Assembly: GCA_046484055.1 (NCBI GenBank)
Contig: JAWOBY010000050.1
Coordinates: forward strand, 1,232 to 65,231
Source of the DNA: Candidatus Woesearchaeota archaeon
GTDB taxonomy: Archaea > Nanobdellota > Nanobdellia > Woesearchaeales > UBA12501
Length of the DNA: 64,000 bases
Direction: 5' to 3'
In this document: positions 57,341 through 64,000 of the stretch, in pieces
How the letters are laid out: each line of letters opens with the position of its first letter
Position numbering within the stretch: position 1 is the stretch's first letter
Made by a program: the position numbers and the translations under genes
The notes under the pieces: model-generated
The model's database searches: none
Told to the model about the DNA's origin: nothing
The model's input: the letters and a program-made list of their open reading frames with translations, nothing else

Positions 57341-57861
57341 GCACCTGAGTCTTTCTTGACGGAATCCCTCCCGCCGCCATTTTCCTTTACAACATTTTCC
57401 TTTGCAGCAATCTCCTTTGCAGCATTTTCCTTTGCAGGTTTTTTGATTTCCTCAGCTTCCCCCTCGTTTATGATGTCCTTGTGGCCCGTCTTCTTTACTA
57501 TGACGAAATTCTTGGTCTTGCTGAGCGGCCTGCATTCCATGACCCTTACCTTATCCCCTTCAACAGCTCCGATGCAGGACGGGTTGTGCACGTGCAGCCT
57601 TGTCCTTCTTTTCTCGTATCTTTCGTATTTCGGGAGGTAATAACTCCTGAGCCATCCGACTATCGCCGTCCTCTGCGCCTTGTTCCTGACAACCACGGCC
57701 GTGAAAGGCCTGCCCCTGACCTGAAGATCACCATGGAAAGGGCATTTCATGTCCCTGCACTCTTCTGATGGGGGTGTAATGCCGAAACCTATGTCCTTCG
57801 CTTTCGCGGGCCCCTTGCTTTTGCCGCTCTTCGTCTTGTTTCCTTCTTGAGTTTTTGCCAA
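57337..57861 (-). CDS. rps17: 30S ribosomal protein S17 (uS17) with extended termini
   Basis: 174 aa. CPFHGDLQVRGRPFTAVVVRNKAQRT and GDKVRVMECRPLSKTKNFV. Lys-rich N-terminus and an A/K/E-rich C-terminal tail. Confidence 0.9.
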   Translation of the reverse strand: MAKTQEGNKTKSGKSKGPAKAKDIGFGITPPSEECRDMKCPFHGDLQVRGRPFTAVVVRNKAQRTAIVGWLRSYYLPKYERYEKRRTRLHVHNPSCIGAVEGDKVRVMECRPLSKTKNFVIVKKTGHKDIINEGEAEEIKKPAKENAAKEIAAKENVVKENGGGRDSVKKDSGA

Positions 57862-57874
57862 TTTTATCCCTTCA

Positions 57875-58129
57875 CTATTTCCTTTTTATCCTGTCTTCAG
57901 GCCTTCCTGTCAGGAGGCTGCCTTTTATGCTTATCTTTTCACTATCAATGTCTGTTTCGATTGTTATGTTATCCTTTATCAGTTTTTTCATCCCTTTTCC
58001 TGTTTCTATTGTTATCGTGTTTCTCGTCTCATCCGCTATCTTTCCTGTAAGCCCTTTATCGCACTCATTGCTCGATCCTGTAACCTTTATCCTCCGGCCT
58101 ACCAGTTCCTTCTTCAGCAGATCGCTCAT
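57875..58129 (-). CDS. rnp1: RNase P protein component 1 (Rpp29/Pop4)
   Basis: 84 aa. LVGRRIKVTGSSNECDKGLTGKIADETRNTITIE. Occupies the conserved slot between SUI1/L29 and S17. Confidence 0.85.
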   Translation of the reverse strand: MSDLLKKELVGRRIKVTGSSNECDKGLTGKIADETRNTITIETGKGMKKLIKDNITIETDIDSEKISIKGSLLTGRPEDRIKRK

Positions 58130-58138
58130 CTTTTTCTC

Positions 58139-58447
58139 TTATTTTATGTCGATGGTCTCTGGAGCAAACCCCATCTGAACTAATACCCCTTTGACTTTCT
58201 GTTTGTGGTCCCCCTGCAGTTCTATGGTGCCGTCCTTTGCGGCCCCTCCGCAGGCGAATTTGCCTTTGAGGCTTTTCACCAGATCCTTCATGTTCACTTC
58301 TCTCTCGTCGATACCGTCTATCAGCGTGTATTTCTTCCCGAACTTCCTCTTCTCTGTCTTCACCACTATCTTCTGGCTCTCTTTGGCTATAGACTCACAA
58401 ACGCATAGCTCTTTCGGGAGTCCGCATGTTGCGCATACTTCGCTCAT
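58139..58447 (-). CDS. translation initiation factor SUI1 (aIF1)
   Basis: 102 aa. RKFGKKYTLIDGID and KGKFACGGAAKDGTIELQGDH. Confidence 0.9.
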   Translation of the reverse strand: MSEVCATCGLPKELCVCESIAKESQKIVVKTEKRKFGKKYTLIDGIDEREVNMKDLVKSLKGKFACGGAAKDGTIELQGDHKQKVKGVLVQMGFAPETIDIK

Positions 58448-58692
58448 GCTGTTTTTTCCTCCGTTTTTTTGCCTGTTTCACCGGCTAATTTTTCCTCCAA
58501 CTCCTTCCTGTTGAGGAGCATGAGTATCCTTGCCATCATCCTTCTGGTATTCCTGATGTTTGAAGGGTTCTTCGGGGGCGTGCCTGTTGAGACCTGCGCC
58601 TTGAGCTTTACGAGCTCCTTCTTCAGCTCCATGAGCTTGTTTCTCAGCTCTTCCTTGCCCATCGAGCTTATCTCTTTGAATCTCTTTGACAT
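58444..58692 (-). CDS. rpl29: 50S ribosomal protein L29 (uL29)
   Basis: 82 aa. ELRNKLMELKKELVKLKAQ and IRNTRRMMARI. Confidence 0.9.
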   Translation of the reverse strand: MSKRFKEISSMGKEELRNKLMELKKELVKLKAQVSTGTPPKNPSNIRNTRRMMARILMLLNRKELEEKLAGETGKKTEEKTA

Positions 58693-58762
58693 TTTTTGCC
58701 CTGTCTTTTACCTTGTCATCCTTATTTTGGTTTATCTGATGATTTATCCTGTCCGCCTGACC

Positions 58763-59644
58763 TCATCTCTCTTGTTTCTCTTTCTCAGGTGTCTCCTGAA
58801 GGCCGGATTCCTTTCCTTCGCTTTCCTGGGCCTTATTCCCGTCAGCGGCGCTCTTGTCCTCCTCGCTGCTGTTGTGGATGCTTTTGCCTTCATCTTCAGG
58901 ATCTGCTTTCTCTTTTTTGGTCTTCTCTGCGGCTTTTCCTTTGTTTTTCTTTCCTTCTTTCCCATCCCTAGACTGTCCGGTTTTCTTCGCGCCTTTTCCG
59001 GTTTTCTGATCCTCTTCTTCTTTGATCTCTTCCTCCTCATTGATAAGTTCATCACTCACTTCCATGTCGTCCGGAAGTTCTGTGGTCTTGGGCATTATCC
59101 TGACTTTTATGCCTATTATTCCTGACTTGAGCTGTGCTGTGGAATGTGCCCTGTCCACCCCTGTCAGTGATATATCCCCGCATTTCTTCAGGTAACCCTG
59201 ATAAAAACGCCATGATTTCGCCCTTGTGCTGGGAACCTTGCCGCTTATCACTATCTCCACACCAAGCGCGCCTGCGCCCATGACATCCTGAAGGACCTTA
59301 TGCACCACTCCCTTGAACCTTGCTGAGCCGTATCTCTCCAGTGAAGCCCCTATCCTCTCGGCCACTATCTGGGAGTCGAGGTTGACGTTCTCCACCTCGC
59401 TTATCTCGAGCTGAGGGTTCTCAAGGTCGAAAAGGTTCTTGAGGTCCGAGGTCAGTTTCTTTATGTTCTGTCCCTTCCTTCCTACTATGAGCCCCGGGCG
59501 TGAAGCATAGATTATGATCTTCTCTCCGAGAGGGGTCCTCTGGACTTTAGTGTGGCTGTGACCGCTGTTCCTAAGGTTCTCTGATATATATTCCTGTATC
59601 CTGTATTCCTTTATCTTCTCAGCCACCGCTTTCCTCTCAATCAT
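58763..59644 (-). CDS. rps3: 30S ribosomal protein S3 (uS3) with Lys/Glu-rich C-terminal extension
   Basis: 293 aa. KH domain (RPGLIVGRKGQNIKKLT). C-terminal ~90 aa are K/E/G low complexity. Confidence 0.95.
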   Translation of the reverse strand: MIERKAVAEKIKEYRIQEYISENLRNSGHSHTKVQRTPLGEKIIIYASRPGLIVGRKGQNIKKLTSDLKNLFDLENPQLEISEVENVNLDSQIVAERIGASLERYGSARFKGVVHKVLQDVMGAGALGVEIVISGKVPSTRAKSWRFYQGYLKKCGDISLTGVDRAHSTAQLKSGIIGIKVRIMPKTTELPDDMEVSDELINEEEEIKEEEDQKTGKGAKKTGQSRDGKEGKKNKGKAAEKTKKEKADPEDEGKSIHNSSEEDKSAADGNKAQESEGKESGLQETPEKEKQER

Positions 59645-60477
59645 TTTTCCACCTTATTGCCTGCCTTTTGGGCATCGGTTTCTTTACCATCATCCTTATT
59701 TGATCCTTTATCAGCGTTTCCTTTTTCATCATCATTGTTCCCTTTATCCCCTGCTCCGTCTTTGGGTGCGTTCTCCTGCTTTTTCCCTTCATCCTGTGCA
59801 TGCCCCTCACCTGTCTTACTGTTCTCCGCATTAGTGTGTTCCTTCTTTGTGTCTTCTTTTTTTGCAGGTTCTGATGGGCGATCAGCTTCTTTCGGTACGC
59901 TCTCCTTCTTCCCCTCTCCCTTGTCTTCTTTTGGTGCAGGTTTTTCACTGCCTCCCTCTGCTGCAGCTGGTTTTTCCTTCTTTGGACCGCTCTCCTTCTT
60001 CTCTCCCTTCTCTTTCATCTCCCTCTTCTCCTTCTTCTCTCCCTCAACCGCAACAAATTCCACATGACTCCTCTTGGATTCAAGCCCCCTTCTTCTCCCG
60101 TGCTTCGGAGGCCTTGATGCCTTGTTCGCGCAGGCGTGTTTTATCATGAGATTTGATGTTTCGATACCTTTCTGCTGGGCGTTCGCCTCCAGGCTGTTGA
60201 CCAGCTTAAGCAGTTCAGCAGATGCCTTGACAGGATATTTCCCTCCTGCAATTTTCCCCCTCTTGTGGCCTGCGCCTTCAGTGAATCTCTTGAATGGTAT
60301 GGGCCTCTTAAGATCCATGGCATCAGCCAGTATGGACTTGGCCCTCTGGATGTTCTTGCCTTTGAGGTATGAGCATATCTCTACGGACTGCTTTGTGGAT
60401 ATGGAAAGGTCTCTTCCGATCACCCTTGCCATCTTTTCCTTGTCATATCCCTCAAATGCGTAGTTTTTTCCTGTCAT
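59641..60477 (-). CDS. rpl22: 50S ribosomal protein L22 (uL22) with Lys/Glu-rich C-terminal extension
   Basis: 278 aa. ISTKQSVEICSYLKGKNIQRAKSIL and GAGHKRGKIAGGKYP. C-terminal ~125 aa are low complexity. Confidence 0.95.
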   Translation of the reverse strand: MTGKNYAFEGYDKEKMARVIGRDLSISTKQSVEICSYLKGKNIQRAKSILADAMDLKRPIPFKRFTEGAGHKRGKIAGGKYPVKASAELLKLVNSLEANAQQKGIETSNLMIKHACANKASRPPKHGRRRGLESKRSHVEFVAVEGEKKEKREMKEKGEKKESGPKKEKPAAAEGGSEKPAPKEDKGEGKKESVPKEADRPSEPAKKEDTKKEHTNAENSKTGEGHAQDEGKKQENAPKDGAGDKGNNDDEKGNADKGSNKDDGKETDAQKAGNKVEK

Positions 60478-60527
60478 TTTGTCTGTCCCCTAACATTCCG
60501 TGCATCCCATGCGTTCTGCCTTGGTGT

Positions 60528-60908
60528 CTACCTCACTGACACGCTTGCGCTTGACCTTGTCGCGCCCACACCTGGTGATGAATGCTTCACGATCTTCCTT
60601 GAAAGCGCGAACTCCCCGAGGTAATGCCCAACCATGTACGGCTGTATGTTGACAAGCACGAATTCCTTGCCGTTATATACCTTGACGTTCTTGCCGACCA
60701 TAGCGGGGAGGATCACAATGTCCCTGCAGTGGGTCTTTATATTGTCCTTTTTCTGGAGTTTCTCGAGAAGTTTCTTCTGCTTCTCCGTGAACCCCCTCTT
60801 AAGGCTCCTTCTCTGCCTTGAGGGCAGCAGGGCCATGAAATCATTCAGGCTCATGGCCTGCAGTTCTTCCAGTGTCCTGCCCTTATACGCGAATTCTTTC
60901 TTTGCCAT
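60528..60908 (-). CDS. rps19: 30S ribosomal protein S19 (uS19)
   Basis: 126 aa. [36 protein letters not shown]. Confidence 0.95.
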   Translation of the reverse strand: MAKKEFAYKGRTLEELQAMSLNDFMALLPSRQRRSLKRGFTEKQKKLLEKLQKKDNIKTHCRDIVILPAMVGKNVKVYNGKEFVLVNIQPYMVGHYLGEFALSRKIVKHSSPGVGATRSSASVSVR

Positions 60909-61054
60909 CTTGACACCTTGTGGTTATTTGTGGTGATGATTTATGTATCTTTGCTTGTTTATTTATCTTGCCTTTCTTTCCTTGTCGCTTGTCCGCTCAT
61001 CAGCCAATCTTTTTCATCCATCCTGTTGTTATTCTGTTTGCTGGTCTGCTGGCC

Positions 61055-61771
61055 TCATTTCTTGTTCTTGCCGCTCCTCTTGGGCCTCAACATTCCGACT
61101 TTCCTTCCGGGCGAAGCGTTCTTGGGGACGATGGTGGGCCTTCCCTTCCTTCCTGACCTCTTGCCGCCGAAAGGATGATCGACTGCGTTCATCGCGGCTC
61201 CGGATACTTTAGGCCAGAGTTTGTTCTTTGCCTTCATCTTGTAGTAAGCGGTGCCGGCCCTCATCAAAGGCTTCTCCAGCCTTCCTCCTCCTGCTATCAC
61301 CCCGATGCAGGCCCTGCAGTCAGGGTGGAATGCCCTCTCCTTCTTTGATGGCAGCTGGACAAGCACTTTCTGTTTTGTCCTTGATGCCACCCTTGCGAAT
61401 GTGCCTGATGATCTCACAAACTTGCCTCCGTCTCCGGGGCTTGATTCAAGGTTATAGACTATGGTCCCTTCAGGAAGGTTTTTCAGTGAGGTGGTGTTCC
61501 CTATCTCTGCCTGGGCTTCAGTCCCTGATTCTATACTGTCACCCACTTTCATACCCTCAGGGGCCATGAGCAGGCAGACCTCCCCGCTGTCATATTTTAT
61601 CTGGGCGAGGGGCGCTGAATGCCCTGAGCAGTGGAGCAGGTCGATGACTTCTCCCTTCGCGACTGAATTATCATAGCTCCTGTGCCTGGCAATCCCTTTG
61701 TAATTGTGGGCAGGGGCCCTGTAAGTAGGTCCCCCTTTGCCTCTTGCCTGTTGTATCAGTCGTTTTCCCAT
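61055..61771 (-). CDS. rpl2: 50S ribosomal protein L2 (uL2)
   Basis: 238 aa. GTIVYNLESSPGDGGKFVRSSG and NAVDHPFGGKRSG. Confidence 0.95.
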   Translation of the reverse strand: MGKRLIQQARGKGGPTYRAPAHNYKGIARHRSYDNSVAKGEVIDLLHCSGHSAPLAQIKYDSGEVCLLMAPEGMKVGDSIESGTEAQAEIGNTTSLKNLPEGTIVYNLESSPGDGGKFVRSSGTFARVASRTKQKVLVQLPSKKERAFHPDCRACIGVIAGGGRLEKPLMRAGTAYYKMKAKNKLWPKVSGAAMNAVDHPFGGKRSGRKGRPTIVPKNASPGRKVGMLRPKRSGKNKK

Positions 61772-61910
61772 TTTACTGTTTTTTGTTTGCGATTACCTTT
61801 TGTATTGCCTTTTGCTTGTGATATCAATATGATCACAAACAATTTTCGTGTGCGGATTGTCTGTCTTGGGCCGGCTTGTGTTTGTCCTTGACATGGTCTG
61901 ATCGGATTGA

Positions 61911-62183
61911 TCACATCAGCCCGAGCTGGGTCGCTATGTCTATAGCAGGGGTCTCCGGGCCGAACTTGATATATGCCCTCTTCTGCCCTTTTGCTGTATG
62001 CACCACATTAACTTTTGACACCTGTGCCTTGAACATCTCCTCTATGGCTTTCTTTATGTCAGGCTTTTTCGCTTTCTTGTCTACCACGAATATCAGTTTG
62101 TTCTCGCTTTCCATAAGCCTTATTGACTTTTCAGTCGAAAGCGGGTGTTTTATGACATCTATAGCATCCATTATATTATTCAC
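61911..62183 (-). CDS. rpl23: 50S ribosomal protein L23 (uL23)
   Basis: 90 aa. IKHPLSTEKSIRLMESENKLIFVVDKKAKKPDIKKAIE. Confidence 0.95.
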   Translation of the reverse strand: MNNIMDAIDVIKHPLSTEKSIRLMESENKLIFVVDKKAKKPDIKKAIEEMFKAQVSKVNVVHTAKGQKRAYIKFGPETPAIDIATQLGLM

Positions 62184-62195
62184 CTTGACTGTTCA

Positions 62196-63332
62196 TTACT
62201 TGTCCCTGGCTGTTTCGCTCTTGGCAGGTTTGCTCTTGCCTGAAGGGGCCTCTTTTCCTTTGATGGATCTCTTCTCCTTTCTTCCTGCAGGCCCTGCACT
62301 GCCGCTCACAGATGATTTTTTTGATGAGTCCTTGCCTGATGTTGCAGCGCTGCCCTGCCTGCCTGATTTTTCCTTTGATGATGCGCCCTTTGCTGCACCG
62401 GCCTTCTTGGCAGGCTGCCGGGGCTTGCCAGCAGGGGCCTTCCCTTTTGTGCCTGATTTTACGGATCCAGCGCTGTTCTCATCACTCTTGTTCCCCTTTT
62501 TCGGGGTTCTCGGGCTCTTGTGATCCTTCATGAATAGCCTTTCCTTTGCGATAATGTCAATCGCCCCTTCGGTGTACAGTGTCAGCCTTCCGAGGTCAGC
62601 CCCTGGAGCGAGAAGGTCTGCGTTGAGATTTCTGGCCTCAACAACTTCCACACCAGGTATGTTCCTGCAGGAATCTGACAGTCCGCATTCCCCTGACACC
62701 ACTATCAGCGGCCCTTTCTTCCTTCTTCTGGGCCTGCCTCTTGACTTGCCTTTCCCGGCCCTTATCTTTGTCCTTGATGCCCTTGTGAGCTCATCCTTGA
62801 GCCCGAGCTTTTCAAGAGCTTCCCTTGCCTCCTTTGTCTTCTTCAATGATTCTATATTGTTATGGATTATGAAAGGGTATTCGGGAGGTATGTTGTGCCC
62901 CCTTTTCATGACCAGCTCTTTTGTCACTGTGGCAGCCATGGCTGATCTTACAGCTTTTCTCCTCTCTTTCTTATTGAGCTTTTTTGACCATTCCTTGAGT
63001 TCCTTCGGCGGGTGCGCTCTCCTGCCGCCCACAGTCCCTGGCGTGACAGCGCCGACCCAGTACATCTGGCTGCCCCTCCTGCTGAGTATCTTCCTCTGTA
63101 CCCTTGATATTCCGTGGCCGTATGAGCCCCTGTACTTTCTCCTCCTCCTTGAAAGCTCTGCTGAGGCCCTCATACCTGCATCACTTTTGGCTCCGTAAGG
63201 CTGCCTCTTGTTGGAGCTTATGGCCTCCACTGCCTTCCTTACGACATCAGGCCTTACAAGCTCATTGAACTGTTCAGGCATGTCCTTCTCCCCTGATGCT
63301 GCCTTGTTTATGGTGTATACCTTAAGTTTCAT
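62196..63332 (-). CDS. rpl4: 50S ribosomal protein L4 (uL4) with long Lys/Ser/Ala-rich C-terminal extension
   Basis: 378 aa. YGAKSDAGMRASAELSRRRRKYRGSYGHGISRVQRK. C-terminal ~110 aa are low complexity. Confidence 0.95.
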   Translation of the reverse strand: MKLKVYTINKAASGEKDMPEQFNELVRPDVVRKAVEAISSNKRQPYGAKSDAGMRASAELSRRRRKYRGSYGHGISRVQRKILSRRGSQMYWVGAVTPGTVGGRRAHPPKELKEWSKKLNKKERRKAVRSAMAATVTKELVMKRGHNIPPEYPFIIHNNIESLKKTKEAREALEKLGLKDELTRASRTKIRAGKGKSRGRPRRRKKGPLIVVSGECGLSDSCRNIPGVEVVEARNLNADLLAPGADLGRLTLYTEGAIDIIAKERLFMKDHKSPRTPKKGNKSDENSAGSVKSGTKGKAPAGKPRQPAKKAGAAKGASSKEKSGRQGSAATSGKDSSKKSSVSGSAGPAGRKEKRSIKGKEAPSGKSKPAKSETARDK

Positions 63333-63423
63333 TTTTTGAACATTGCGTTTTTTGATTGTTGATCTCTTTTATGCCTTTTTCCGCAACTTAAACATAAAAC
63401 TCCTCATGCCTGCAGCTGTCTAT

Positions 63424-64000
63424 TCATTCAGGCATCAGCTGTTTTATTGTCGGGGCCTCTCCCGGTATTCTCTTGTTCTCCCTCGCTGCCTTGCAGATCT
63501 TTATCATCCTCTTTCTCGGGCCAGGGATCGATCCTCTCAGCAGGATTACCGTGTTCTTCACAAGGCCGTAGCGGGCAAAACCGCAGGAGGGGTTCACCTT
63601 TGATACGTCCTGTTCTATCTTTATTATGTGCTTGTTGAATTCAGTCCTTGTCTGGTAGCCGGTCTGCCCCGCATGGGCTATCCTGTACATGAAATGGCCG
63701 TGGCCTTTCCATGCCCCAAGGCTTCCAGGGCCTCTCTTTGTCTTCTCGCTCTTGTGCGCCCTTATCCTGATACCGAACCTCTTGACAGGGCCCTGAGTGC
63801 CCTTGCCTTTGGTTATCGAATGTATGTCTGCCTGGCTGCCTTCCTGGAAAACATCACTTATGTTTATCTCCTTTCCAATAGCTTTCTTTGCATAATCAAG
63901 CCTGGATTTCATGTCGCCCCCGAGAGCCAACTCAAATATCTCCGGCTTCTTTTTACCGATGCCTGTTAGCTTGGGCTGGGTGTACACAAGGAGGGACATA
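63424..64000 (-). CDS. rpl3: 50S ribosomal protein L3 (uL3), N-terminus beyond the window edge
   Basis: C-terminal ~190 aa are visible (GKGTQGPVKRFGIRIRAHKSEKTKRGPGSLGAW). The reading frame runs off the window end. Confidence 0.9.
   Translation of the reverse strand, partial: MSLLVYTQPKLTGIGKKKPEIFELALGGDMKSRLDYAKKAIGKEINISDVFQEGSQADIHSITKGKGTQGPVKRFGIRIRAHKSEKTKRGPGSLGAWKGHGHFMYRIAHAGQTGYQTRTEFNKHIIKIEQDVSKVNPSCGFARYGLVKNTVILLRGSIPGPRKRMIKICKAARENKRIPGEAPTIKQLMPE

Noticed and set aside
1-64000. Search for CRISPR arrays, transposases or integrases, rRNA genes and inteins
   Set aside because: By eye I found no regularly spaced direct repeats, no IS-like terminal repeats with a transposase ORF, no rRNA signature and no intein-like insertions in gyrA, leuS or secY. 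The only duplicated block of 25 nt or more that I noticed is the 30-nt tRNA 3' end. A computational repeat search would be needed to be certain.

Overview
The window is an archaeal chromosomal segment made up mostly of core information-processing genes. On the minus strand (49910-64000) is a near-complete S10/spc-type ribosomal-protein cluster, from L3 (truncated at the window edge) to L15. It carries the archaeal inserts SUI1 and RNase P protein Rpp29, and is followed by SecY and a DUF106/YidC-like insertase. On the plus strand (33141-37413) is the archaeal alpha-operon: S13-S4-S11-RpoD-[tRNA]-L18e-L13-S9-RpoN. Other confident calls:
- SecD/SecF, an ABC transporter and UMP kinase.
- A four-subunit pyruvate:ferredoxin oxidoreductase (porGD-cutA-porAB).
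- Nop5 and fibrillarin, glutamate dehydrogenase, glutaredoxin and GyrA.
- A THUMP methyltransferase, NAC, a MinD/ParA ATPase and a bacterial-type LeuRS.
- tRNA-splicing endonuclease, RNase Z, an archaeal histone and Hjc.

I found several RNA genes by eye that the ORF track cannot show: RNase P RNA (about 29027-29423, +), SRP/7S RNA (about 42473-42744, -), tRNA-His(GUG), a tRNA-Leu(GAG) with two bulge-helix-bulge introns, and a second tandem tRNA-like gene that I could not fold. Three sub-60-aa genes are also proposed: Sec61-beta, a 30-aa zinc ribbon and a 58-aa membrane peptide.

The most unusual observations are:
1. A 137-nt cloverleaf-like set of perfect nested inverted repeats, plus an adjacent 13-bp hairpin, inside the por operon.
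2. The tandem intron-rich tRNA pair.
3. Several orphan gene clusters: 22450-26956, 30146-32624 and 40396-42122.
4. A giant Cys-rich secreted protein.
5. Pervasive Lys/Glu-rich tails on ribosomal proteins.

I saw no CRISPR array, transposase, integrase or rRNA. The organism looks like a small-genome uncultivated archaeon, possibly DPANN-like; that placement is inference only.
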